From NCBI RefSeq assembly GCF_006345805.1, contig NC_043015.1, positions 24,800,001 through 24,864,000 on the forward strand: DNA of 64,000 bases, read 5' to 3'. Under the pieces are notes generated by a model. The model ran no database searches. It was not told the DNA's origin and worked only from the letters and a program-made list of their open reading frames with translations. How positions within the stretch are numbered: position 1 is the first letter of the stretch; each line of letters begins with the position of its first letter. A program made the translations under genes and the position numbers. Shown here one piece after another: positions 29,285 through 43,476 of the stretch. This DNA comes from Octopus sinensis (taxonomy: Eukaryota).

Positions 29285-29830
29285 ATGCCCTGATGCAGTA
29301 CAAGATAGTGGCTCTCATGGTTTCTGATCTTAACTGATTGGAAGTGTTATCATGTACATTGTTTTGTCTTGGTATAAAAGATGGGCTACAGCAAATATTC
29401 TGCTCAATACCACAGATTTGCTTGTCAGTTGTTTGACCTTAACCAGTTGACCATGTCCCTTAGTTGCTGATGATATATGCATCTCTGATGATGAGCAGAA
29501 GTAGTGGGGGAGCATCATAGCCGTGTGTTGAAAGGAATTCTTAGAGGTTTGGATAATTCACCTTTGGAAACATGGGTGGTTCGTTCAACATCCTTAAACA
29601 ATCCTTATTCAGGGACCTTTTGAGCAGGATGGGCTACTCAACCAGAAGAAAATTCTAACTGGGCCCCACCTGCAAGGTCATGTGCTGTTTATCTTGATAT
29701 GAGATCACCATGTTGTGCACATATGGTTGTGATGCATGTGCCTAGTGTACCCTTATCAGATAGGTAGTCATGATGGGTATACTGGGCTTCGTATATTTTA
29801 CCCCAGTGTCACTTTCATGGCATGTACTGC
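29285..29830. repeat. Interspersed repeat of undetermined class bracketed by (AAT)n tracts
   Basis: Complex, GC-richer 550-bp block between two (AAT)n runs; recognised only from memory as a common octopod repeat. Confidence 0.4.
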
Positions 29831-32346
29831 TCTCTCACTCAATAATAATAATAATAATAATGTTGTTATTCAGGAGACAAGCTGGCAGGATTGTAAGAGA
29901 GTTGGACAAAGTGTGTGGCAGCGTTTCTTCTGAAGCATAACATTTTGGGTTCAAATACCACCAGGGTTCCCTTAAATTTCATCCTTTCATTTGTCAATAA
30001 AATAGGGACCAGTTTGAGCAGATCACTTCATGTAATTGACTTGCCCCACTTCTCAAAGCTGCTGGATTTGTGCCAACATCTTCTCAAATAACTGAACAGG
30101 CACAAACTTCTCGTTGACCCTCCCACAGTCAAATTAGGTTCAAAATGGAATGAATAGCAGGAGTGACAGTTGCTCCCAACTCATATCAAGTCCCGAAGGA
30201 AGAAATGGAAAAATGACTTCTGTGGGACTTGAACTCAGAATGTAATCTGCTGGAATAAGTGGCACATGGCATTTTTTCTAATTCTCTAATGATTCTGCCA
30301 ATTGCTGGGTCATAAATTTAGACCGATACAAATATATTACACATGGAAAGCTTTATTGAAAAACCTAATGTTTCAATTCAGTTTCTTCTCTTTTTCTGAT
30401 TTCTAGTTTTGAGTTGGACTTGATTCCCTACATAAATATTCTATTATGCTAAGATAAAATGGTAATTCTCTAAAAGAGAGTCAAAGCAGAAAATTCTGAA
30501 TCACAAATTTATTAGAAATTGAAAGAAAGTTTGCATCTGAATGTGATGCCAGTCTTTGAAATACAACGATAATTCAGTACATGTTGTGTGCTTATTGAAC
30601 TTAATTAGGTGCACAAAATCTTAATTGTAATCAACAGATCTTAGAATGACTGAGTGAATATGTTGAGAGAATATGTACCCTCGTTTGGAAACATACGGTA
30701 ATGATATAAGCAGATATTCAAAGCAGGCCTTCTGCATAAAATATATATAGTTAAATGAGAAGAAATAGCCCCGAAAAAATGTTTAATTGAAATTACACAC
30801 ATAATGAGGAAAGAGTTAACTTTAATGAAAATTCTTTAGAAGCTTGAAGCTTATATATTGTACATGGTGGTGATGATGATGATGGTAATGACGACGGCGA
30901 CAATGTGATGACATCACAAAGTAGCAATGAATGTATTAGTAAATGTACAAGAATGCATATATATTTATAGATATTGTCATTATCATCATCAAACATCTCT
31001 TTTTCCATGCCAGCGCAGGTTGGATGGTGAGACAAGAACAGATAACCCTGAAGGCTCTGCCAGTTTTTATGTCTACTTTGACATGGATTCTAGGGCTGAA
31101 TGCCCTTCCTAATGCCAACCACTTAACAGGGTGGACTGGGTGCTTTTTATGTGGCACCAGCACCAGTGAGGCTGTCAAGTACCTGTAAGATAAGATCCAT
31201 TAACTGAGCAGCTTATAGACTGGAGAAAGAAACTATGGCAGTTGGAAAGGTGCAGGTGCCTTACGGAAGAGGTGTATACAGAATCTTGCAAGTGAGAGAA
31301 AGAAAGAGATGTGATGTCCAGGTACAATGAGATGGAATAGGAAGTTCACTGAGTGAGAATATTGCTTGTTACAGTAATTAGAATCGTATAATGAAAATAT
31401 AATTCATAGACACCATCTTCATGGAGGCTGAGATTTATGTTATCGTAACATATACTATTGCTTATCGAACTTTTTGGCTGTTGCCTCTTTTATTTTACTA
31501 ACGCTTTTACCATACACACTTAGTACAATACATTGCTTCCTGCCCCACTATTTTCAATGCACATTTATACATACTACATGATATAAGGCCATATGGATTT
31601 AAATCCAGGTACTATTTTAACATAGATGACAACTTGCCTCAGCACCAACCTGATACATGCAAATATTGAAAGCACAGGTGGTTTTATTCACAATTTGAAG
31701 TTTATTATTGCTCAGCACCCAATATAAATCTTTTTACAATCCACACAGAGAAGCACTGGTTTATGCAAACTGCAATCGTTTATATAAAAAGTTTGTAGTT
31801 ATTCTGAATATTATTAAGATAAATATTTTGTGTAAGGAGGTTCAATAAGAGAAAAAGAATCAGATTTTCGGTTATGATATACATACAATGATACATAAAA
31901 ACAACTAATGCAAAGAGACTCCAGAAAATATTGCAAACCACACACACACATACACACACACTGATAGACAGATACACATCATCATCATTTAACATCTGTT
32001 TTCCATGCTGGCATGTGTTGGACAGTTTCGTTGGAGGTCTGGAGAGCCAGTGGTTGCACCAGGCTGGATGACCTTCCTAATGTCAACCACTCCAAGCGTG
32101 TAGTGGGAGTGGTTGACTTTAGGAATGGCATAACAAACATTTGAAATAAAATTGGACATATTTCAGCTTTGCTGGGATCTCAGTAGCTCTGTGTAACATC
32201 TGCTGAATTTGCAGAAGTAAATTATGATGAGAAAAACACAGAGAGATGTAAAAAGAATGGATATTTTTTAACATACAAAAATAAGTTAGGCTCAAGAATA
32301 AATATTTCAATGCCAAATCCAAATACTCGTTATATTATTAACTTAC

Positions 32347-32506
32347 AGTTCTCTTCAACTCGATTGAAAGACTTTCGGTAACTTTCATTGCTTGAATTCA
32401 ATAATTTGATAGTATTATCAAGGGCCCGGTTTTCTTTTTCTGCTTTATGTATTTTTGCATCCAGCTCATCTCCAATTACTTGAAGTTCTTCTTTTTCTTG
32501 GGCAGC
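32347..32506 (-). CDS. CCDC39: Internal coding exon of coiled-coil domain-containing protein 39 (axonemal ruler protein); 160 bp, phase 0 to phase 1
   Basis: Translates [53 protein letters not shown], matching the recalled human CCDC39 segment [47 protein letters not shown]. Flanked by acceptor ttcttttcag and donor gtaagt. Confidence 0.92.
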
Positions 32507-34429
32507 CTGAAAAGAATGGAAAAAAATTAAGAAACAAGAATAAAACAATGCTGTCATGAGAGAAATTTCATTTAATATTTCATTGATAAATATTTCTTAT
32601 CATCTCACATAAATTATCAAAATGGAACTTTCTTTTTAATACCAAAATCTTCATTCTGTATTTTGTTATTTTTGTCATTTCCAAGTGATTTTCCATAAGA
32701 TCAGGTTGGTGGTTGTTTTTGTTGCTGACATTTTTTCCTCATACTTTGGAAAGTTATCTGTTTTCTTCTTTTTTTTTAGATTCCAAGAAAAAAAAATTAA
32801 TCAGTGAAAAGAGGAGATTGTTATTAAGGTTTTGTGTTATTGAGTGAAATGAGGGGAAAATAACAAACAAAATATAAATAAAAAGAGATTAAAAAAGAAA
32901 ATTCCAAATGGCTTCTTCTCATTTTCAACTGTACACTGCATCTGACCTCTACAATATTTCATTAGCAATCTCTGAAGATTTTGAGTTCTATATAGATAAG
33001 GAATATACTAAGATGTGTATTAAATATATTTTTGAATTCAGATGCAATATATGTATGCATGTATGTATGTATGTATATATGTATATATACATATATGTGT
33101 GTGTTATATATATATGTGTGTGTGTGTGCATGTGTGTGTGTTGTATATATATATATATATATACATACACACACACACACACATATATACACGTATATAT
33201 GTATGCAAGCATGTGTATCTGTGTGTGTGTACGCACACACACACATACATACACACACGCACAACAATGCAGTATGCAATAATATTCAGCAAATATATTT
33301 TGGGTGAGTTATTTATTTATCAATATTATCATGGTAGTGTTTTTTGTTTCGTTTTTTATTTTTCTTGCCTTCTGTGTTTACTTTAGATGACTATTGTGAA
33401 AATGGTAAAGTATTTTCAAAAATTAAACTTTAGCATAGAATACATTAAGTCTCTAAAGCTGAAGCCCAATTGTCTTCTTCACACTCAAACAGTTGCCTGT
33501 TTCCAATCTTTGGTTAAAATTTATTTCATTTATTTCATTACATTTTATGTACAAAACATCTCTGGGAGAAATCAAAATTTTACACTTTCTATTTCAACAA
33601 GTCTTTTTACAAACATCTTTGACTTGTTAGAAAAAACAAAACTGTCAAATTAAATTTATTTTAATGAGATACAGAAACCCTTCAAGGCAGTGTCCCAAGA
33701 TGGCCACAGTCCACTACCTAAAATCAGAAAAAGAATAAAATAACATTCTGGACTGAAATATAAATAAGAATGTTGGAACCACGCATGTTTATGGTGAGCC
33801 TTTCAAATGGCGAGTGATAGAGAATAAAGGTTGAAAGAAAATCCTGTGCTTACAGTCACTTGGTGATAATATATCACCATCAAGTGTCGAATATCTGTGT
33901 ATTTGATGGTGAGACAGATTCATCTATTAATATTTCGGACACAGATTTTGGAAAGGATCCATAAGTGTAGGACAGGACACCTACCTGTCAAATACATGCA
34001 CTTTTTATTTAGATTATTTTACTGCCTACGTCTGTGTGCATTTAAAATTGAATGTAACATAAAAAAAGATTGCAATGCCCAGAGTTGTAGACATAACTGT
34101 TTTCAAGGAAACCCTTTCAAAGGTATTTGCAGCAGTTTGGAAACTTATTGTCTGTAGCTGTTGGAACATGTAGTGATCAAGCAAAATATTTATTGTGATA
34201 ATTCAAATGCAGTGTCAAGTTTGTTCAATTAATATTCCATGTTGTTCTAAGAACCTTATTATACCCATTGCTAAATCAATCAGACTACTTTTGAGAGCAG
34301 GACCCACATGTTTCTGACAATTTTAAAAGATGTGTGTGTGTGTGTGTGTGTGTACATACATGTCATGTTGATATTGAACAGTGAGAATGAGTGCTCAACA
34401 GCCGTAGATAAATATTCTTTATTTGTGAG

Positions 34430-35800
34430 TTAACAAGGCTCCTTCACTCAACATGAAACCAATGGTAACTTTGATAGGTTTTGGCCAGTATAGGTCCAGG
34501 CCATGTCTAATTTAATAGCACCACCTGGTGAAGTCTTTTAGTCATATATGGGGCAACATGGCCCACTATAGCAAAGAGTTATTATTGCTAGAGACATACC
34601 CAGGCGTAGGAGTTTTGTCCGGGATATTTTGAAGAAATTTGTCCTGTGAACATTTGAATTTTATGGGATCTGTTTTTGTATTGACATATTTTGGTATGGT
34701 ATTAAAGAGAGCTGGACCAGTTGAGGTAAAGTAATTGTGATGCAATGTTGCTATGTGTACCACAGGGGCCAAGTCTTGGATGGATTTTAAAATTGACGCC
34801 AACATCATTTGTGCAATATTGCTGGAATATTTTCCACATAATACAAATGATGTAATGCTACCAGTAGCGTTGGAGAGATTGAGGTTATTTTAATCAACCC
34901 CAATGCCTCTCATGCCATCTATCCTTCTTGTTATTGACTTCTGGAGTGCTTCTACTTTCATAATGGGTTGCTTTGTATGGGGGAACCACATTGGGGAACA
35001 GCATTCAAGGTGGGGTCAGGCAAAAGTAGAGTAGAGAAGGATGATGGTGTAGGTATCTCTAGACTGAAAGGTTCTCAGAATCCAGAAGCACATCCTGCAG
35101 GCCAAGTCAACCTTGCTGTTTATGTGGGGACTCTAGCTTAGATTGCAATCAACAATTACTCCAAGGTCTCTGGTGTTGTTGGATGTCATGAGGGAGTCCC
35201 TCGAGGGAAAAGCATATCGTAATTTCAGTTACCTCCTCTTTTCCAAAGTGGATCAAATCAAACTTATCTTCATTTAAAAGTATATTACTGTTTTCTGTCC
35301 ATTGGACAATAGCAAACAGATCTGACTGAAGGCGTGTTTGGTTTCTCATATGTATGGCTTTCTGGAATTTGGAATAATCTGCAAAGATTTTGAATGTAGA
35401 ATGTTTGAGGACTCTACTGTCGTTGATGTAAATAATGAAGAGGAGTGTGCCCAACACAGTACCTTGTGGGACACCACTACTGACTTTGGCTGAGCTGGAT
35501 CGTATTCCCTGAAACACATGTTGGGTTCTGTTTGTCAGGAAACACTTTATCCACTGCAGCAGCTTTCCACAGACTCCAATGTTGGACAGTTTCTTCAGCA
35601 GGATTTTGTGGTCCACTCTGTTAAATGCCTTGCTGAAAAGATATATGACGTCAGTGTTGGAACCCTCTCCCAATGCTTTTAAGATATCATCAAAATGGTG
35701 CAGAAGCTGCAACAGGCAGTCCCTGCCATCACAGAAAACATGCTGGTTGAGGTTCAGCAGATAGTTGTCTTCAAGGAAGTGAATTATTCATGATCTCAAC
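34430..35800 (-). mobile_element. 5'-truncated CR1-clade LINE, degenerate RT
   Basis: NQH.F..GR.CL.QLLHHFDD, DVIYL(D)FSKAFNRVDH, SGVPQGTVLGTLLFIIYIND, FADY(D). C-terminal DKFLQNIPD...PGY...NNNSLL. Confidence 0.9.
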
Positions 35801-36908
35801 ACCCATTCAAATACTTTAATAATATGAGAAGTGAGTGAAATCAAACGGTAGTTCACTGGAAGAGATTTGTTTCCCTTTTTGAAAACTTGAATGACAGACT
35901 GGGAAAGAAAAAATGATCAGGAATTTAGCCTGCATCAAATGAGTTTGGTTAACCCCAAAATAAAGCATGCATAAATGTGTGTATGTATATATATATACAC
36001 ACATACATACATACACATACATATGTACTTCATTCTCATTGTTGTTTTGATGTCCATATTTCCCTGCTGAAAGGGGTTGACTGCAATTTGGTATTCGTCT
36101 ACAACTTTACTATGTTCTACCATTTTTTTGTTCCTTCCCCTCACCTGTTTCTAAGCAAGAGAATTTTTTTTCCTCTTGTCAAATATGTTTCTATGGAAAA
36201 TTGGCAATTAAGGACAATGCCGATAATGCTTCTTTAACAACAACCACATGATGACCAGTCAATGAGACATTAACGCACACACACACGTTGTGGGCTTCTT
36301 TCAATTTCTGTTAGCCAACTCCACCCATAAGGCTTGGGTCAGCCTGGGACTATAGCAGAAGACACTTTTTCCAATGTTCCACACACTGGGACTGAACCCA
36401 GAGCAGTGTAGTTAAGGAGCAAACATTTTAACCAACAACAACACCAGCACCAATATAATGTACATATACACGTGCATATATAACACACACATGAACAAGA
36501 AAGGAGAAGTTCACTTCATAACAATAAAGAATTCAGTTCCTTTGTACAGCAGTTTGGACAATGTCTTCTACTAGAAACCCTGGCAAGCCATTGGAATTGG
36601 CAGATGGAATGTTTTATGGTAGTTTGTCATTCATACACGCACACACACACACATGTATATACAAATATATATGTGTGTGTTCAAGAGTGCCAAAAACAAT
36701 ATTCCATGGCATTGTTTGTTACTGCCCAAGCGAAGCAAGGATATGATGTTGATATTCCTTCTTCACATTAAATGACTGAAAGAATAAATACATAAATACA
36801 TAGACACACACATACATGCATGTGTACTGATACATAAGTGTCTGTGTGTATATATATATATATAATTGAAAACTGAAAGAAGCTTGTCATGTATACACAC
36901 ATACACAA

Positions 36909-36956
<48 letters not shown>

Positions 36957-37063
36957 ACAGAAAAGAGGAATTTCGATTATCCCCACATTGTGAGTTGTAA
37001 TGTATATAAGAAATTAAAAAAGGAAAATATGCACACTTACATAGTTTTAATATAATTTTTAAT

Positions 37064-37098
37064 ATATCGACCGGTTTCGCTATCGCTGTTCATGATAT
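37064..37098 (-). ncRNA. Hammerhead-like motif with non-canonical positions 3 and 8
   Basis: ATATC-ATGAACA-GC-gata-GC-GAA-ACCGGT-C-GATAT: perfect 5-bp helix I, 2-bp helix II, palindromic helix III, GUC triplet. Confidence 0.6.
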
Positions 37099-37128
37099 TA
37101 TGTTTTACTTATTTGAATATATATTTTT

Positions 37129-37665
37129 TCTTAAGAAGAAATCTTGTCCATGTTGTGTGTGATGAAATTCATGAGTGAATGACTTCACAAGTAGATAAAT
37201 AAAGTGAGGTAATTGGTTGTCATTATTATTGTTATTGTTGTGGGTAAGGGAGATAACTGCTCAGCTTTCGGTAATGGGTGGGGATTATATATGTGTACAG
37301 ACAGAGACAAGTTTCAAAAACCTTGTTTAGTAGGGGATTTATGTACAGTGATGTAATCGTGAATTGAAATATGTAAAAAGAGAAAAGTTGGTTATGCGTG
37401 CATATTAAGACATGTTTTGTATTTTTCAATGAAAAAAGTTTCTTTATTTAAACGTTCTAGTTGAGATATTGCGTCTTTGCACTGGTAGAAAGGGAAAACT
37501 GTGAAATTTAGTTCACCCATTATCGAAAGCTGAACAATTATCTCCCTTACCCATAACAATAACAATAATAACAACAACCAATTACCTCCCTTTATTTATC
37601 TACTTGTGAAGTTATTCACTCGTGAATTTCATCACACACAACATGGACCAAATTTCTTCATAAGA
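37129..37665. repeat. Inverted repeat, about 150-bp arms with about 235-bp spacer
   Basis: gtccatgttgtgtgtgatgaaattcatgagtgaatgacttcacaagtagataaataaag is the near-exact reverse complement of 37590-37648. Confidence 0.85.
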
Positions 37666-37950
37666 GGAATTGGTTGCTCTGTTCAAGAGAGAAGACTGCA
37701 CTGGTTTGGTCATGTGAAGTGGATGGATGTTGATAGTGCCATAAAGAAGTGCCAATCTCTCAAAGTGGGTGGAACATGTGGAAGTGGGAGATCCAGGGAA
37801 GTACTGAAGAACAATCTCAGGATGCTGAACCTTACTGGTGAGATGACAAAGAAAAAAAATACCTGCCCCCCACCCCCACCAGCAGAATTTTTAAGACCAA
37901 TCTTGATGGTAGTCTAAAGCACTCATGGGACAGCCATGTAAAAAACATAC
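37660..37950 (+). mobile_element. RTE LINE C-terminal fragment
   Basis: ERRLHWFGHVKWMD...KKCQSLKVGGTCGSGR...VLKNNL. Confidence 0.75.
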
Positions 37951-38217
37951 AAACGAATATAGCTTCCTCTGTCTCTGCATGTGGGTGTGCATGAGTTTAT
38001 GGACATGTGTGTGTGTAATGAAATGTTTCTGCTTTCATCATCACCGTCGTCATTAACATCATCCTCAAACTTATGGTGTTATCACATTTAGGTATCTATG
38101 TAAGAAATATTCACATCAACTACAAGATAGAGTCATTCTAGAGAAACACTTGAAATATTAGAAGCATTGCTTAATTAAATGGGTGATAGCTATTAACACA
38201 CACACACACACACACAT

Positions 38218-38271
<54 letters not shown>

Positions 38272-38294
38272 ATACATATATATATATATGCACA

Positions 38295-38955
38295 TACAAA
38301 TAAACATTTTTATACATATACACACACATTTATCTATTAACACATATATATACATATATATGCACACACACGCACATGCAAGCACATTTTTATAGATATA
38401 CACACACAAACACACATATATCTTTGAACTCATATATATATATATACATCCATATATATACACACACATATGCGCACATCTTTATAGACATACACTTGCA
38501 AACACACATATATCTATTAACTCAAATATATATATACATGTATATGCGCACACACATACACCCACATTTCTATAGACATACACACACAAACACACATATA
38601 CCTATTAACTCACACATATATATATATACATATACATATATATACATACACACACATTTTTATAGACATACACACACAAATACATATATCTATTAACTCA
38701 CATATATATATATACATATATATATGCACACACACCTACATGCACATTTTATAGACATACATAGACAAACACATATCTATTAACTTACGTATATATATAT
38801 ATGCACACACACACATGCACATTTTTATAGACATACACACACATACAAACACACATATATCTATTAATTCACATATATATGCACACACACACACATACAC
38901 ACACATTTATCTAGAATACACACACAAATACACATGTATTTATTAACACATATGA
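38295..38955. repeat. Minisatellite built from (CA)/(TA) microsatellites, about 8 units of 75-93 bp
   Basis: Recurring anchors cacatttttatagacatac and tatatctattaactc. Confidence 0.8.
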
Positions 38956-39237
38956 ACACATGATCTGACAGCTCTGTTAGCTTTGACTGACAGCCGCAAC
39001 TGGATATTGCTCACAGAACATCACAGGAACTGTTATCAATGTTATTAGGTCAATAACTAATTGATATTTTCATACACAATTATGATGACGTCCTTCAACA
39101 ATGACAACAACACCAACCGGCGGTGCCACGTGAGTGCAGAGAAGAAACAGTGGACAGCTATTGTGGTTAGAATATTGAAGATGACTTTCATGAATTCCAA
39201 GCTACATCAATTTAGCATTATCATATTACAACTTTAC

Positions 39238-39304
<67 letters not shown>

Positions 39305-39726
39305 TGGAGGAGGAGGAGGAGGAAACACAAATCCCTCTCACTGAACTACATTTCATTGTAAAAACACATCAGTTATCAACCATTCCATTTATAATACTAA
39401 ATTGAAATTTTCATTTCTATTTCTGAAGTTCTCTGGGTGAGACTTGAACTTCACTTGTTGCCAATATGCAAAATCCAAACATAATAATAATAATCATAAT
39501 TCTTTCTAATCCTGGCAAAAATGTAAAAGCTTTGATGAGAAGGGAGATTTGATAACATCAGCTCCATTACTCAACTGGCATTTACCTTATCGACCTTTCC
39601 AAAATTTCTGCTCAAAGCATGAAGATGGAAGCAGTGCTACTAAACATTTTGATGAATGCACAAAGGATTCAGCCAATCCACGACAATGACCACCACCACC
39701 ATAATAATAATAATAATAATACTAAG

Positions 39727-40095
39727 AACAAGAGCACTCAGAGAGCGCTAACCTTTGCCAAAGCAACACCAACATCCTCTCAATGATTAGGCAGAGATGA
39801 TTTTTAAAATGAGAATATCTGAAATAAACTCAACTGCTCTCACAAATTAGAATATCAAAAAATGAACCTGACTCCTCTCCAAAATCAAGTAAAAAAAACA
39901 GGAAAAAAAGAATCCAGAATCTTGTCCAGTACCAGATTAATCCCAAAATCTAATCAGTTTGTGCCAGTCATGAGGCCAAATATCCCTGAAAGTTTCATCC
40001 GAATCCATGCAACGGTTTTTGAGATATTTTGTTCATAGACGAACAAACAAACATGACTGAAAACAATACCTCTGCCTTTGCAAAGACAGAGATAA
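39727..40095 (+). mobile_element. Helentron/HINE-like element
   Basis: aacaagagcactcagagagcgc start; aaagtttcatccgaatcc; (AAAC)n; terminal hairpin acctctgcctt-tgca-aagacagagat. Confidence 0.55.
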
Positions 40096-42537
40096 TAATG
40101 ATAATAATAATAGTTTCCTTTGCTAACAGAAAACTTTAAGTGATTTGGGGTTAGTACAAAGGTGAATTAGAGAGGAAAACAACCAATACTAACTAGCAGA
40201 GAATTTAAATGGAAGAAAATTGTTAAATCAACATCAACAATAATAACTCCTTAATTAACAACTTATAATGAACAGTAATTAGAGTAGAGAACAGAAAGGA
40301 AAACCAATAAAATGAGGGATTTGGGCCACACCACACAAAACCCCATGTTACATTGATATAGAAAAGTTAACTGCTTACTCTGTTGATGCCAGCTTACAGC
40401 TGAATAGTGTGGGTCTATCATGAAATGGCAGTTTTGTCATTCTTGTCCACCTTAAATAAAACATCCAGCAATCAGCATGCCACCTTGTAGCCTCATATTC
40501 CTCTGCAGGTGGCAGCCACCTCTTCTGCAAGACATTCGCAGCTGTCCTTCTATCACATTTTCATATCCCTCAATACTATAATCTAATCTGTTGAGACATT
40601 ATGTCATGCAGGTTCTTGGTAACCTCACCAGTGTTGATGCCATGAAAAAAGCACCCAATACACTGTGTGAAGTGGTTGGCATTAGGAAGGGCAGCCATCT
40701 ATAGAAATCATACAGACGTTGGAGTTTGGTGCAGCCCTCTGGCTTTTCAGTTCATGTCCTACCATCCAGCATATGCCAGCATCGAAAAGGGTCATTAAGT
40801 GATGTTGAGAATGATAAGGGCTTTTGCAAAGAGGAAAAGTTCTGTCCTCAAACTTTGCCATTATCTGTGTCACAGCTGCCAAATGAAGTCTACTTGGCTT
40901 TCCTTGATGAAAGAAGCAAGTAGTTTGGTCTTCATAATCGATGGTTATGCCCAGCATATAAAAAAATCATTCAACACAAACCTACAAATCAATATTGCAA
41001 GGACACAACTTTGCATACTGGACCTTTTTATCTCTCTGCACTCATCTTAGACAGATTTGACAGCTGATAGTTCCAGAATGACTGAGCTTTTATGGTTTAT
41101 CACTATGATTAGCATAATCATTATCATCTTTGTTTAATGTTCACATTTTACATGCTTGCATAGGATAGCCGGAATTCTTTGATGAAGCATTTCTTCTGCC
41201 AGATGCTCTTCCTGTCACTAACACTCACTAGTTTCTAAATAAAGAATTATGTCCCTGTAACTCGCTTCCATGAAATACTGGAAAGAAATTAAAAGAGTGA
41301 CACTGCTTCTAAGATGGTAACACTCATTTGCAACAATTAAAGAGTGTCAAATTAAGAAGGGGCAAACAGACCAATGCACACACACATGTACATATACATC
41401 ACTGGTTTCTTTCAGTCTCTGTTCATAAATTCACTCACAAGGCTTTAGTTGGCCCCAGCCCATGGTATAGCAGAAAAGAGTTGCCCAATGTTTCACACAG
41501 CGACACTGAGCACAAAATCATGAGGCAAGCAAGTAAACTTGTGAACAATACTGCAGTGCCTGTGCACATACAAACATACATACAGATACATGTATGTACA
41601 TGCATAAGTACATACACACATTACATTACTGTTTCACTTCAGTATAAGTGATAATAATAACCTTCAGAAAAGAAGTATTAGTTCAGACAGAGCATACTAT
41701 AAGTGTGCAAACATTCAGATTTGAGTGCACTGCATATGACAGCAGAAATAGCTGTAAGCTAATGCAGGTCATTGCATAATTTCCTCTTCTTTCCCTTTGT
41801 CATTTACACTTAATTTTATACATATAAACATGTGTGTGTTTATATAAGTGTGTATGTATGTACATGTGAACATGTAAGTGTATGTGTGTGTGTGTATGTA
41901 TATATATATATATATACAATTCTTGAAAAATAAATATTCATTTCTACTCTAGGCACAATGCCTGAAATTTGGGTGGGGGAGGGCCAGTCGATTAGATCAA
42001 CCCCAGTGTGCAAATGGTACTTAATTTATTGACCCCAAAAAGATGAAAGGCACATTTTCTTGAAGTGGAATTTTTAAGCAAGGGTCTGTACAACAACAAT
42101 AACAACAATAATAAATGTTTAAGATTTTGGTTCAAGGCCAGCAAATTCGGGGAAGGGAGCCAGTCGGTATCTTTGACCCCAGTGCTCAGTTGTTATTTTA
42201 ATAATGATAATAATGATGGTGATGATGCTAGTGGTATTCCTGACAATTATGATGATGGATAAAATGATAATAAAAACAGTGACAATGATAATACTGATAT
42301 CAATAATGACAATAACAGAACTCATGACAACAGCAATCATGGTATTAACGATGATAATAATGGTCTTTTGAATAATTACAGTAACAGTAATATTAATATT
42401 AATGATAGTAATAGTAATAAAAAAGTTGATGACAATTAGCATAATAATAATAATAATAATAATGATGATGATGATGATGATGGTGATGATAATGATAATA
42501 ACGATGATGGTAATGATGATGATGATGATGATAATAA

Positions 42538-42581
<44 letters not shown>

Positions 42582-43122
42582 GTAAATCTATCACCTTTTC
42601 CAGAAAAATTCCAATTAAACTCAAAACAAAATAAAATATTCTTTTCTTCTATTTTTTGTTTCTTTTTTTTCTCTGAGCAACCTCTGCATCGATTGAATTT
42701 GATGAAATGTGTAGCCAAAATACAGAGAGATGAATCAAGCTATTCTTACTTGATTCCATTGCATATTTTTGGGTGTTTTTGTTAACCAATAATCCATTCT
42801 TATTGATCCTTTCCACTCAAAAACCAGAGAAAGAAAAGACAAAATTTCATCTCCTGTGTTATTAACACATTTTTGACAAAGTAAATCATTCAAAATTATA
42901 TGCTAAGTCAGGATAAGTATTGAAAGAAATCGATGGGCAGAGTTGGGCGTCGGCTTTTTTGCTTTTTTTGTTTGTTTTTTTTTTACTTATTTGCATATTT
43001 CTTTTATTTTACAATGTGTGTGTGTATACACAAACACAGAGGCACGCTACAGATATATGTATATTTATATAACATTATTCCTGTCTTTGTGTCTCTCACC
43101 CATTACATATATATATATATAC

Positions 43123-43188
<66 letters not shown>

Positions 43189-43323
43189 CACACACATATA
43201 TATATACACATACATACATATATATATATACATATATATATATATAATATATATATATATATACATACATACATAAATATATATGTATATATATATACAT
43301 ATATATATATATATTATATATAT

Positions 43324-43369
<46 letters not shown>

Positions 43370-43441
43370 AACACGCACATATAATATATGCATTTATAAA
43401 TTCATGTGTATATATATGTGCATATACATATACCCATGCAT

Positions 43442-43476
<35 letters not shown>

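Noticed and set aside
28241-29337. Pro/Ser/Lys-rich and poly-T/D/N ORFs; considered as TTC14 (antisense neighbour of CCDC39 in human)
   Set aside because: Dominated by trinucleotide repeats, no convincing splice sites and no TTC14 motifs recognised.
32180-32214. Possible next CCDC39 exon after a 132-bp intron (SDVTQSY*)
   Set aside because: Stops after 7 codons and does not match the expected conserved downstream peptide.
42119-42785. 199-aa poly-Ile ORF and antisense poly-Met/Ile ORF
   Set aside because: Degenerate (AAT/GAT)n tract; no complex sequence.
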